Assembly: GCA_041747735.1 (NCBI GenBank)
Contig: JBGTEP010000106.1
Coordinates: forward strand, 2,980-66,979
Direction of reading: 5' to 3'
Source of the DNA: Chryseolinea sp.
GTDB lineage: Bacteria; Bacteroidota; Bacteroidia; Cytophagales; Cyclobacteriaceae
Length of the DNA stretch: 64,000 nucleotides
The notes under the pieces were generated by a model. The model searched no databases and was not told where the DNA came from. It saw nothing but the letters and a program-made list of their open reading frames with translations. The position numbers and the translations under genes are program-made. How positions within the stretch are numbered: position 1 is the stretch's first letter; each line of letters starts with the position of its first letter. Below are positions 38,260 to 47,755 of this stretch, piece by piece.

Positions 38260-40960
38260 GTAGAATATGCTTGTTAAAATTCACAATAATAGTACTGCCT
38301 CGGTTTACCTGACTGGAGATTTTGATTTCTCCTCCCATGGCCTCAATTTGATTTTTTATCATGAATAATCCTATACCCCTACTTTCAGGGTGTCTGTGAA
38401 AGGTCTTGTGAAGCTTAAATACCTGATGGCCATAACGTTCCAGATCAATACCCAATCCATTGTCACTGGCCTCCAGCATCATGCTCCTGCCGTCGTAATA
38501 GGTTTTGAACCTAATAACCGGCTTTTGATTAGGTTGTACATACTTCAATGAGTTACTAAGAAGGTTTAATAAAATACTCTCCATATAAATATTAGGATAC
38601 TTAATTGTCGGTGCCTCGCCAAAATCTGATTCTAAAATGGCCCCAACTTCTGTAATTCGTGCGCTCAACATACTTTGAACTCGCCCGAAGACTTCAACAA
38701 AACTGATATCATCGTGGGCTATACCTTTGTTTTGTTTGATGTTGAGTACCTCATGAAGTTCCTGAAGTGTTTTTTGCGTTGTTGCTCCTGATTCTTTTAA
38801 CAGGTTTAAGTATTCTGTTTTCTCTTCTTCTTTTTCTGACGTTTCAATAAAATTGATAAGGGTCAGGATGTTGCCGACTGGCGAACGGAGGTTATGAGAA
38901 ACGATCTGTGTAAACTCCTCCAGCTGTTCGTTTTTTCTTTTCAGATCTTCGGTGAAGGAAAGTAAGCGGGCATTTTGCTCCTTTATTTTTTGTTCCGCGA
39001 GTTTACGCTCATTGATATTCCGGAATTCGGTTACGCGAATCGTTCTTCCCTTGTATGGAATATTCTTAGCTTGAACCTCAAGAAAATATCGGGTGCCATC
39101 TTTATGGAGGCCTTCAACATCATACTGTTTTTCATATCCGGCTTTTATGTTCTCTATCACCAAAGGGCGCCACTCAGGAGCAATAAGGTTTACTCCGTTG
39201 GAATTAATCAGTTCTTCTCGGCTGTACCCTGTCAAATCACTTAGTCCTTGATTACAGTCTATGATGATTCCATTGTCGTGCATACCAATACCGCCGAACG
39301 AAGCTTGCTGCAGAGTTCTGAAACGTTGTTCACTTTCTTTCAGTTCTTCTTCAATTTTTTTCCGGTCGGTAATATCCCGCGCAGTAGCGATAATAATTTC
39401 CTTACCGAAATAATGACCCTTTGTAACCTGCACTTCCATTAAAAATATTTCGCCATTTTTTTTCTTCCCCCAGAATTCAAAAAGTTGTGGAGCTCCTTCA
39501 AGAGCCAATGCGATTTTACGAACAACTATTTCAAAATTATTCTTGTCTTCAGCCGAAAGGAAAACGGGGGTTTTGCCGATAAATTCCTCGCGCGTATATC
39601 CATACAGTTTGCAAGCGCCTTCATTTACATCCACAAATGTACCATCAGGATTTTGCATGTAAATCGCTTCATTTACCGAGTTGAAAAGTGCACGGTAACT
39701 TTGTTCACTTTCATAGAGTTGTGCCTCGGACTCCTTTCGCTCAGTTATATCCTGCGCTATACCAATAATCTGGGTAACGGTTCCATCAATACCTTTCTGA
39801 AATACGGTATCACGCCCCATAAACCATCGCCATTCTCCTTCTTTGGTTTGCATTCTGTACTCAGATTCTTTGATGGTGCCATAGGCCTCATTTGTCCATT
39901 CAGGCATTCGACTCGTATCCTCAGGATGAGATACTTTTTTAATGAACTCAGAACCCATACCCTGAATTTCGTCCAGAGTGTAGCCAAGTGCGCGGATCAT
40001 ATTGTTATTGGAGTATAAATTTTTGCCCGACCGCATGTCATAGACATATAAAACACCGGGCATTGTATTTTCTAAGCTTTCTTTGAATCGGTTGCTTTGT
40101 AGCAGATCTTCTTGCGCCTGTGTGATATCCGATATGTCGTGCATGGTGCCCAGCATCCGGTAGGCTTTGCCGCTATTGTCACGCAGATAAAAGCCCCGGT
40201 CGCGCAATGAAACATAGTTAGCAATTTTTGTTTTGAACCTGTATTGAATGCTATAAGGGGTATTTTTCTTTTCTGACTCATCAAGCTGCCGGAGTGCTGA
40301 GTCGCGGTCGTTGGGATGAATAAGCGCAGCCCATGTGTCGATGTCTCCCATCTCACTGGGATTGTATCCTAATACTTCTTGAATATTTCCACTCCAAATA
40401 ATGTTTCCGGAGAAAATATCATAATCGTAAACTACCTGACCTGAGGCCGCTGCGACCATCTCGTACCTTACCTTCCATTCTTCACGATCTTGCTCCAATT
40501 CTTTTTTGTCAGTGATGTCTTGAACAGTGCCTATCAACTTAACCTGTTGGCCGCTTTTGTTAAGGACTACATTTCCGATTGCTTCAATCCACTGCAGTTT
40601 TCCGTCACTAAGAATTACGCGGTGTTGGACAAAGTATCCTTTCAAACATGCAAGTGAATGCTCAATAGCTTTTACAACGTTAGGTTTATCCTCCGGATAG
40701 ATAAGTTGAAGGTATGCATCGTAAGTACCACCAAATTCCTTTTGTGACTTTCCAAAAATTTCGTGAACATGGGCAGACCATCGGACCTTATTCGTTTTTA
40801 AAGTCCACTCCCACGTTCCCATTTTGGCAGCTTGTAGCGCAAGATCAAGCGATGATTTCTTATGGCGTTTGGGTGTATTGCTATCCAATTTGCGGCGAGA
40901 AATCTTTTTGGAGTGATTTTTCCCGGAATCTTTATTTTTTAGCTTCTTGTTTCCGGCCAT
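38222..40960 (-). CDS. Cytoplasmic multi-PAS (about 5) sensor histidine kinase
   Basis: Likely start MAGNKK at 40960; repeated PAS/PAC (DITD/E) units; SHNLRSP H-box, NSLKY, DNGLG, GIGLF. Confidence 0.9.
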   Translation of the reverse strand: MAGNKKLKNKDSGKNHSKKISRRKLDSNTPKRHKKSSLDLALQAAKMGTWEWTLKTNKVRWSAHVHEIFGKSQKEFGGTYDAYLQLIYPEDKPNVVKAIEHSLACLKGYFVQHRVILSDGKLQWIEAIGNVVLNKSGQQVKLIGTVQDITDKKELEQDREEWKVRYEMVAAASGQVVYDYDIFSGNIIWSGNIQEVLGYNPSEMGDIDTWAALIHPNDRDSALRQLDESEKKNTPYSIQYRFKTKIANYVSLRDRGFYLRDNSGKAYRMLGTMHDISDITQAQEDLLQSNRFKESLENTMPGVLYVYDMRSGKNLYSNNNMIRALGYTLDEIQGMGSEFIKKVSHPEDTSRMPEWTNEAYGTIKESEYRMQTKEGEWRWFMGRDTVFQKGIDGTVTQIIGIAQDITERKESEAQLYESEQSYRALFNSVNEAIYMQNPDGTFVDVNEGACKLYGYTREEFIGKTPVFLSAEDKNNFEIVVRKIALALEGAPQLFEFWGKKKNGEIFLMEVQVTKGHYFGKEIIIATARDITDRKKIEEELKESEQRFRTLQQASFGGIGMHDNGIIIDCNQGLSDLTGYSREELINSNGVNLIAPEWRPLVIENIKAGYEKQYDVEGLHKDGTRYFLEVQAKNIPYKGRTIRVTEFRNINERKLAEQKIKEQNARLLSFTEDLKRKNEQLEEFTQIVSHNLRSPVGNILTLINFIETSEKEEEKTEYLNLLKESGATTQKTLQELHEVLNIKQNKGIAHDDISFVEVFGRVQSMLSARITEVGAILESDFGEAPTIKYPNIYMESILLNLLSNSLKYVQPNQKPVIRFKTYYDGRSMMLEASDNGLGIDLERYGHQVFKLHKTFHRHPESRGIGLFMIKNQIEAMGGEIKISSQVNRGSTIIVNFNKHILHGNEGTDYSAGG

Positions 40961-41090
40961 ACTTTTTTTTTCTATCTCGGGAAAAGTTACAATAATTGTG
41001 TTCACTAAAAAAGACAGAATTTCCAAATTACAGGATGTTGTTTCCTGATTATGAAGTAACTAAATTTCAAAAAACCTAATCTACTAGACT

Positions 41091-41477
41091 ATGCTTAAGG
41101 AATTCAAAGCTTTTGCGATGCGGGGTAATGTTATCGATCTCGCAATCGGTGTTATCATAGCTGCCGCATTTGGAAAAATTGTAGGGTCACTTATCGACGA
41201 TGTGATTACACCCCTGATTTTGAAGCCTGCATTAGATGCCGCTAACCTTAGCGAGTTAGCTGAACTGACCTGGCTCGGTACTGTTAAGTATGGCAGCTTT
41301 CTCTCTGCTGTTATCAACTTTCTGATCGTAGCGTTTATCCTGTTCTTGATAATTAAAGGTGTTAACATCAGGAAGAAAAAGGACGCAACTGCTCCTGTAC
41401 CTGTCGAGCCACCCGCGGATATCAAGTTGCTAACCGAAATTAGAGATCTGTTAAAGAAACAAGATCCAACTTCATAA
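41091..41477 (+). CDS. mscL: Large-conductance mechanosensitive channel
   Basis: MLKEFKAFAMRGNVIDLAIGVIIAAAF; LLTEIRDLLK. Confidence 0.97.
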   Translation: MLKEFKAFAMRGNVIDLAIGVIIAAAFGKIVGSLIDDVITPLILKPALDAANLSELAELTWLGTVKYGSFLSAVINFLIVAFILFLIIKGVNIRKKKDATAPVPVEPPADIKLLTEIRDLLKKQDPTS

Positions 41478-42377
41478 ATCATTTTTTATGTTCTTAAACC
41501 TGGTACTAACAACAAGTTCTTTGCTACCCAACGTGTATGTATAAAATCCCTGACCGGATTTCACTCCGAGATGGCCGGCTTGAACCATGTTTACCAGTAG
41601 GGGACAGGGTGCATACTTTGGGTTGCCAAAACCATCATGAAGTACAGATAGAATGGATAAGCATACATCTAGTCCAATGAAATCGGCTAGCTGTAGCGGA
41701 CCCATTGGATGCGACATTCCTAGTTTCATTACGGTGTCAATTTCAGCAACGCCGGCTACTCCTTCATAAAGGGAATAGATCGCTTCATTGATCATGGGCA
41801 TTAGTATTCGGTTTGCAATAAAGCCGGGGTAGTCGTTTACTTCAACAGGTATTTTTTCAAGCTTGGTTGACACGTCCATAACAGATTTAGTTGTCTCATC
41901 GCTGGTACTGTAGCCCCGGATTACTTCTACCAGTTTCATAAGAGGAACTGGATTCATAAAATGCATCCCGACAATTTTGTCTGGTCGCTTTGTAATGGAA
42001 GCAATTTTTGTAATCGATATTGACGAGGTGTTGGTTGCCAAAATGGCTTTGTCCGAAGCATAACTGTCTAAATCCTGGAAAATCTTCAGCTTGAGGTCGA
42101 CGTTCTCTGTCGCCGCTTCAATGATCAAATCGGCATCGCTTACACCAGACTTCATATCAGTTTGCGTTACGATGTTTTTAAGTGCACGGATTTTAGCATT
42201 GGCAGTTACTGTTCCTTTCTCTACCTGACGGGTCAGGTTTTTGTCAATGGTCGCTACCGCTTTCTTCAGTGCATCCTCCGAAATATCAATGAGGGATACT
42301 GCATAATCATATTGAGCAAAAACGTGAGCGATACCATTCCCCATTGTACCCGAACCAACTATTGCAATTTTTTTCAT
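41472..42377 (-). CDS. hbd: 3-hydroxybutyryl-CoA dehydrogenase
   Basis: GSGTMGNG, IEAATE, TNTSS, GMHFMNP, HPMGP. Confidence 0.92.
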   Translation of the reverse strand: MKKIAIVGSGTMGNGIAHVFAQYDYAVSLIDISEDALKKAVATIDKNLTRQVEKGTVTANAKIRALKNIVTQTDMKSGVSDADLIIEAATENVDLKLKIFQDLDSYASDKAILATNTSSISITKIASITKRPDKIVGMHFMNPVPLMKLVEVIRGYSTSDETTKSVMDVSTKLEKIPVEVNDYPGFIANRILMPMINEAIYSLYEGVAGVAEIDTVMKLGMSHPMGPLQLADFIGLDVCLSILSVLHDGFGNPKYAPCPLLVNMVQAGHLGVKSGQGFYTYTLGSKELVVSTRFKNIKNDL

Positions 42378-42494
42378 AGAACATTCATTTTCGATTTACA
42401 ACTGTGCACTATACGATTGGTTCAATTTGATCAATTAGCTCATTTTTAGGTGGTGCAAGTCCGAACTCACAATTTCAGATTTAAGGAACGTAAT

Positions 42495-42875
42495 TCAGTT
42501 TTCGACACTAACTTCTTTCGACAGTCCGACAGCATTAAAGCGTATCACCAGGCGATATGGATTTTCAACTTCAGAAACATTACAAGCCTCTGCAGGTTGA
42601 ACAAAATAAGAATAGAACTTTTGATTGCGTTTGTACAATTCATTCTTATCCGGGCGACCCAGGAGTTGGACAATTTGAACTTCGCTTAAAGCTAACAATT
42701 TATCTTTTTGTGCCTGAAGACTTTCAACCATGCCGGATCTTTTTCCCAAACATGCATTTTTATCACTTTTCCAGGAAACGATATCAAGATCATCCAGTGC
42801 CGGAAGATCCTTGCCGCAGGAAGAGAAAATAAGCCATAATAATACTGCACTATACCAACTGAACTTCCCTGACAT
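42495..42875 (-). CDS. Lipoprotein, SmpA/OmlA(BamE)-like
   Basis: Lipobox FSSC; LSEVQIVQLLGRPD motif. Confidence 0.65.
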   Translation of the reverse strand: MSGKFSWYSAVLLWLIFSSCGKDLPALDDLDIVSWKSDKNACLGKRSGMVESLQAQKDKLLALSEVQIVQLLGRPDKNELYKRNQKFYSYFVQPAEACNVSEVENPYRLVIRFNAVGLSKEVSVEN

Positions 42876-44082
42876 ATTTACTTTGAATTTGATAAAACCA
42901 GTATACGGAGACTAAGAAGTAACTCAGCCCCAAAAAATAAAACCACGGCGACCATTCATTTAGGTAACATAAAATAATAAGAACCAAAGGATACACGACT
43001 ATACGCATCCACTCTGAATATCTGGCCCACGGCCTTTGCTCGAACAGAACACCACTGTTAACAACAACAATAGAAATTAACGTAGCAATGATCGCTTTTT
43101 CAATCAGTGAGAAGGAAGATGCGTTAAACAGGAACAATGCTGTTCCGACAAGGCATAATACATACTGGAATAGTACGTAAAGGTTCAACAGCATAGGAGC
43201 GGGGGTCTCATACTTTGCGTAGGATGACTTGTCAACTTCAGGAGGCGACTGGTATCCGCCGAGATAGTCGGGCAACCATCCTGGTTTTTTAAACAAATAT
43301 TTTATTCTATCAGTCCAGGTTGGAATTCGTTTCAGATCTTTCCCCATTTCGACATAGTGGCTTACATTCGCATAAGCCGCATTCCAGCTTTGCAGAGGCT
43401 TTGTGATGCCATAGGTTGGTTTTTCCTCTTCTTTCTGAAATGTTCCAAACATTTTATCCCAAATGATAAGGGATCCCGCGTGATTTTTATCGATGTATTT
43501 TGGATCCCGACCGTGGTGAACGCGGTGATGCGAAGGCGTATTGAATATATATTCAAACCATCCCATCTTCCCAATGGCTTCAGTGTGGATCCAAAACTGA
43601 TACAGTGTATTGAAGGCCGCTACTAAAGCGAAATCCAGGGTTTCAAACCCCAGGAATGCAATGGGCAGGCTAAACCCAAAGGTCCATACTACCTGCAAGG
43701 AACTTTGACGCAGAGCAACAGAAAGATTATAGTCTTCGCTCTGATGGTGCACCACATGCCCTCCCCAGAAAAGGTTAACTTCATGGCTCATTCTATGGGC
43801 CCAGTAGTACGCAAAATCCACCAACAGGAAGAGGCCCAGCCAGTAATACCAGGTTTTTTCAAGTGTGAAAAAGGCAAAATGCTCGAAAAGAATCTGGTAT
43901 ATCCCTATTCCGAAGATTCTAAGAAACATTCCGGACAGTTGCGAGGTTACACCACAGCTAATGTTGGCAATGGCGTCTGGTAGTCGATAAAGCTTCTGAT
44001 GCGTTAGACGCTCTACCAGTAGTTCGATCCCGATCAGGACGAAAAAAACAGGGATTGAGAGAACGATAGGATTGAAGTTCAA
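42850..44082 (-). CDS. Sterol desaturase/fatty-acid hydroxylase family (alkylglycerol monooxygenase-like)
   Basis: YWAHRMSHE, HVVHHQSE, FWIHTE, PSHHRVHHG His boxes. Confidence 0.9.
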   Translation of the reverse strand: MNFNPIVLSIPVFFVLIGIELLVERLTHQKLYRLPDAIANISCGVTSQLSGMFLRIFGIGIYQILFEHFAFFTLEKTWYYWLGLFLLVDFAYYWAHRMSHEVNLFWGGHVVHHQSEDYNLSVALRQSSLQVVWTFGFSLPIAFLGFETLDFALVAAFNTLYQFWIHTEAIGKMGWFEYIFNTPSHHRVHHGRDPKYIDKNHAGSLIIWDKMFGTFQKEEEKPTYGITKPLQSWNAAYANVSHYVEMGKDLKRIPTWTDRIKYLFKKPGWLPDYLGGYQSPPEVDKSSYAKYETPAPMLLNLYVLFQYVLCLVGTALFLFNASSFSLIEKAIIATLISIVVVNSGVLFEQRPWARYSEWMRIVVYPLVLIILCYLNEWSPWFYFLGLSYFLVSVYWFYQIQSKYVREVQLV

Positions 44083-44120
44083 GATTTATTATCGCTTTAT
44101 TTGCAGCCAAATTTACAAAG

Positions 44121-44543
44121 ATGGGATTAAAAATTTTCAAGGCGTTCTGGTTTCTTTCGATGATTGTTGTGTTGGCGAATCTGCTGTATGTCTATGCGAG
44201 CTTACCACCAACGGTAGTCATACAAGATCAAGGAACTGATTCGTTTTCTGTGGGGAGGGATGCTTTTTTCTACGTTGTGACCGCCGTCATTGCCAGTGTA
44301 AATGGATTGGTATATATCATTTCAAATGTTTTTAAAAGGGATGTCGATTTCAGAGCCTGGTTCCATGGATTGATTATCACGCTAAACATATTTTTTATGG
44401 TATCCCTGAACTTTATTGCATTGTTCAACAGTGGTGAGAAATTCGATTACAGCAAGATCGATTTTGTGGTGTACGGAAGTATTTCGCTTTTTGTGCTTTG
44501 GGCTTTAGGCTGGCCGGTCTATAGACTGGTTCGTAAAATTTAA
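44121..44543 (+). CDS. Hypothetical 4-TM membrane protein
   Basis: Four hydrophobic segments; divergent from the desaturase. Confidence 0.75.
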   Translation: MGLKIFKAFWFLSMIVVLANLLYVYASLPPTVVIQDQGTDSFSVGRDAFFYVVTAVIASVNGLVYIISNVFKRDVDFRAWFHGLIITLNIFFMVSLNFIALFNSGEKFDYSKIDFVVYGSISLFVLWALGWPVYRLVRKI

Positions 44544-44805
44544 TTAGATAATAAGTTTATTAGTTTTGTATTAATACATTCATCATCAGTGTTTTATCCT
44601 TGTTTATCTCAACTAACTTTGTAATTGTTGGTCTCGGCTCACCACTTGTAGTGATTTCAAAAATTGTTTTATTCGAACCCAAATCATGTTTAGATATCCG
44701 GGTATACATGTAAAATGATGATCCGGGGTAATGCGAGTAAAATTTTTTGAGCTATTGTTGTTGATTTTTTTGACTTGTCTTTCTTAAAATTATTCCTGTA
44801 CGCAT

Positions 44806-46710
44806 ATGGGTAAAGCAGAAAAACCTTCGGCTATGTTTGAGTATAACGAATCCAGTATAAAGTCGCTCGATTGGCGAGAACATATCCGTCTTCGTCCGGG
44901 TATGTATATCGGTAAACTCGGTGATGGGTCATCAAAAGACGATGGGATTTATGTCCTGGTAAAAGAGGTGGTCGACAACTGTATCGATGAGCATATGATG
45001 GGATATGGGAAAACCATCGATATCAAGATTACAGATCAGCGCGTCGTTGTACGGGATTATGGAAGGGGTATACCGCTGGGGAAAGTGGTTGATGTCGTTT
45101 CCAAAATTAATACAGGAGCAAAATACGATTCCGGAGCTTTCCAGAAATCTGTCGGGTTGAACGGTGTGGGAACGAAAGCAGTAAACGCACTCTCTAACTA
45201 TTTTAAGGTTCAGGCCTTTCGTGAAGGGCAGGCGAAGCTGGCTGAATTCAAGCGTGGGGTTCTGGTAACGGATTCAAAAATAACGAAGAGCGACGAGCGT
45301 AACGGTACGCTGGTTGAGTTTGAACCCGATAATACTATGTTCAAGCACTATCATTTCATTCCGGAATATCTGGAAGATCTAATGTGGAATTATGCTTTTT
45401 TAAATGCAGGCCTGATTATTAACTACAACGGAAAGAAGTACTACTCGAAAGACGGGCTTCTCGACTTACTGGTACAGAAGGCTGATGCTGAAGAATTACG
45501 CTATCCAATTGTTCATTTTAAGGGCGAGGATATCGAAGTCGCCCTTACACATGGCAACCAATATGGTGAAGAATATTACTCTTTTGTGAACGGTCAGAAT
45601 ACCACGCAGGGTGGAACCCACCTTGCAGCATTCCGTGAAGGAATTGTAAAAGGCGTGCGGGATTTTTATAAAAAAGACTATGATGCGGCCGACATCCGGG
45701 CCAGTATTGTGGCAGCGGTTGCCGTTCGCGTTCAGGAGCCGGTGTTTGAGTCACAGACAAAAACTAAGCTTGGATCCACAAACATGGCACCCGATGGTGC
45801 TACGGTAAGAAGTTTTGTTGTAGATTTTGTTTCAAGGGAGCTGGAAATTTATCTCCATAAAAACCCTACCGCTGCGGATGCCATGCAGAAGCGTATCCTT
45901 CAGTCCGAAAGAGAACGAAAGGAAATAGCGGGTATTAAGAAGCTGGCGAATGACCGTGCGAAAAAGGCTAACCTTCACAATAAGAAGCTGCGGGATTGCC
46001 GCTATCATTTTGATGAAAAGAATGAGAAGGGTGTAGACTCTGTCATTTTTATCACTGAAGGAGATTCTGCCAGTGGGTCAATTACCAAATCACGTGATGT
46101 AGAGACGCAGGCTGTATTCAGTTTGCGTGGAAAGCCCTTGAACTGTTATGCCCTCACAAAAAAGGTAGTGTATGAAAATGAAGAGTTTAACCTTCTTCAG
46201 CATGCCCTCAACATTGAAGATGGAATTGAAAACCTTCGGTACAATAAGGTGATCATTGCAACTGATGCTGATGTGGACGGAATGCACATCCGGCTGTTAT
46301 TGATGACCTTCTTCCTTCAGTTTTTCCCCGAACTGGTAAAGGCCGGTCATGTGTTTATCTTGGAGACACCCCTTTTCAGAGTGCGTAATAAAAAGGAAAC
46401 GATTTACTGTTATTCCGATGAAGAGCGACAAAATGCAATAGCAAAACTGGGTAGCAAGCCTGAGATCACCCGATTCAAGGGACTTGGAGAAATCTCCCCG
46501 GATGAATTTGGTGGATTCATAGGAGAGAATATCCGCCTGGCACCCGTGCTGCTGGGGGATGGGCATCTTGCAAAATTGTTGGAGTTCTACATGGGAAAAA
46601 ACACGCCTGACAGGCAAGAGTTTATTATTGATAATCTCCGAATTGAGTTGGATAAAGTCGATGCGAAAGAAACGGGGGTCAGTGAAGTGGTAAATGAAGC
46701 CGCGGCATGA
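44806..46710 (+). CDS. parE: DNA topoisomerase IV subunit B
   Basis: [45 protein letters not shown]. Confidence 0.95.
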   Translation: MGKAEKPSAMFEYNESSIKSLDWREHIRLRPGMYIGKLGDGSSKDDGIYVLVKEVVDNCIDEHMMGYGKTIDIKITDQRVVVRDYGRGIPLGKVVDVVSKINTGAKYDSGAFQKSVGLNGVGTKAVNALSNYFKVQAFREGQAKLAEFKRGVLVTDSKITKSDERNGTLVEFEPDNTMFKHYHFIPEYLEDLMWNYAFLNAGLIINYNGKKYYSKDGLLDLLVQKADAEELRYPIVHFKGEDIEVALTHGNQYGEEYYSFVNGQNTTQGGTHLAAFREGIVKGVRDFYKKDYDAADIRASIVAAVAVRVQEPVFESQTKTKLGSTNMAPDGATVRSFVVDFVSRELEIYLHKNPTAADAMQKRILQSERERKEIAGIKKLANDRAKKANLHNKKLRDCRYHFDEKNEKGVDSVIFITEGDSASGSITKSRDVETQAVFSLRGKPLNCYALTKKVVYENEEFNLLQHALNIEDGIENLRYNKVIIATDADVDGMHIRLLLMTFFLQFFPELVKAGHVFILETPLFRVRNKKETIYCYSDEERQNAIAKLGSKPEITRFKGLGEISPDEFGGFIGENIRLAPVLLGDGHLAKLLEFYMGKNTPDRQEFIIDNLRIELDKVDAKETGVSEVVNEAAA

Positions 46711-46713
46711 TCG

Positions 46714-46787
46714 TTGCATTATTTCTGCAATATTGTACTTATTGCATTATTTATGCAATAAATGTTAAATTGCATTATTTATGCAAT
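46714..46787. promoter_or_regulatory. Three phased palindromes TTGCAT-TATTT-ATGCAA (cores at 46714, 46742, 46770; 28-bp period); the third overlaps the satD ATG
   Basis: Read directly; copy 1 has one mismatch. Confidence 0.8.
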
Positions 46788-47425
46788 TTATGGTAATTCT
46801 AATGGCTGATATTGTCGGTAGCTCAAAACGCAAGGGCAAAGCCCTGATGGCTGATTTTAAAGCCGCAGTGGTGTGGGTGAATGATAAACATAAAAAGCAG
46901 ATAGCTTCTCCACTTACCATAACGCTTGGCGATGAGTTTCAGGGTGTAATCAAAACTTCGCTTGCAGCATTCTGCATCGTCTTTGACTTAGAAGAATACC
47001 TGATGAAATTGAAAAAGCCTTTTAAGCTGCGTTATGTTATCCATGAAGGGGAAATTGAAACTGAGATTAATAAAAAGATTGCCTACGAAATGCTCGGTCC
47101 CGGATTGACAATGGCACGGGAAGAACTGATTACTTTGAAGTCCAACAAAAATCGTTTCAGAATTAGTTTAAAAGATGAATCCCTTACCGAAAAGCTTTCG
47201 CTGAGTATGGTTATCTATCAGGGAATAGTCGATCAATGGACAGAGGCTCAACAAAAAGTTGTTTCTGTTTTTGCAACAGAACAAGGCGACTATCGAAAAG
47301 TAGCGGAGCGGTTAAAAAAAGATCCAACCGTAATGTGGCGACGAAAGCGATCGCTCATGATAGATGAAATCAATAGCTTGAAAAAGCTCATACTGCTAAC
47401 GATAGATCCCGCATGGCAGAAGTAA
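46781..47425 (+). CDS. SatD-family protein (nucleotide-cyclase-like N-domain + C-terminal HTH)
   Basis: MADIVGSS, ITLGDEFQG, MLGPGL..ARE; C-terminal YRKVAERLKKDPTVMWRR. Confidence 0.8.
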   Translation: MQFMVILMADIVGSSKRKGKALMADFKAAVVWVNDKHKKQIASPLTITLGDEFQGVIKTSLAAFCIVFDLEEYLMKLKKPFKLRYVIHEGEIETEINKKIAYEMLGPGLTMAREELITLKSNKNRFRISLKDESLTEKLSLSMVIYQGIVDQWTEAQQKVVSVFATEQGDYRKVAERLKKDPTVMWRRKRSLMIDEINSLKKLILLTIDPAWQK

Positions 47426-47751
47426 TCATTCGTTTTATTTTACTGGTGATTGTTGGTGAACTTATACTCCACATCCTTTTTTTATTGCTTAGCAAGTTAG
47501 TGGGGAAAACAGTTAAGGATAAGGTAAGCAGAACCAGTATCATAAAAGGTGTTCTTGAAAGAGGATTTATTGTTGTGTCCCTTTATTTCAATGTTTCCCA
47601 GGCTTTAACACTTTTAGGGGCACTGAAAATAGCCACACGCATAAAAGACACAGAGGATAAAGTTTCGAATGATTTTTTTCTTATAGGCAACCTCACTTCC
47701 GTGTTGGTTAGTATTTTATATTTCGTTTTACTTCAGCATTTATTGACATAG
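47413..47751 (+). CDS. Small 3-TM membrane protein, similar to the C-terminal half of DUF3307
   Basis: GVLER, LKIATR, FLIGNLTS; overlaps satD by 13 nt. Confidence 0.65.
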   Translation: MAEVIIRFILLVIVGELILHILFLLLSKLVGKTVKDKVSRTSIIKGVLERGFIVVSLYFNVSQALTLLGALKIATRIKDTEDKVSNDFFLIGNLTSVLVSILYFVLLQHLLT

Positions 47752-47755
47752 AGTA

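Noticed and set aside
41472-41477. Convergent mscL/hbd overlap
   Set aside because: A 6-nt tail-to-tail overlap is ordinary.
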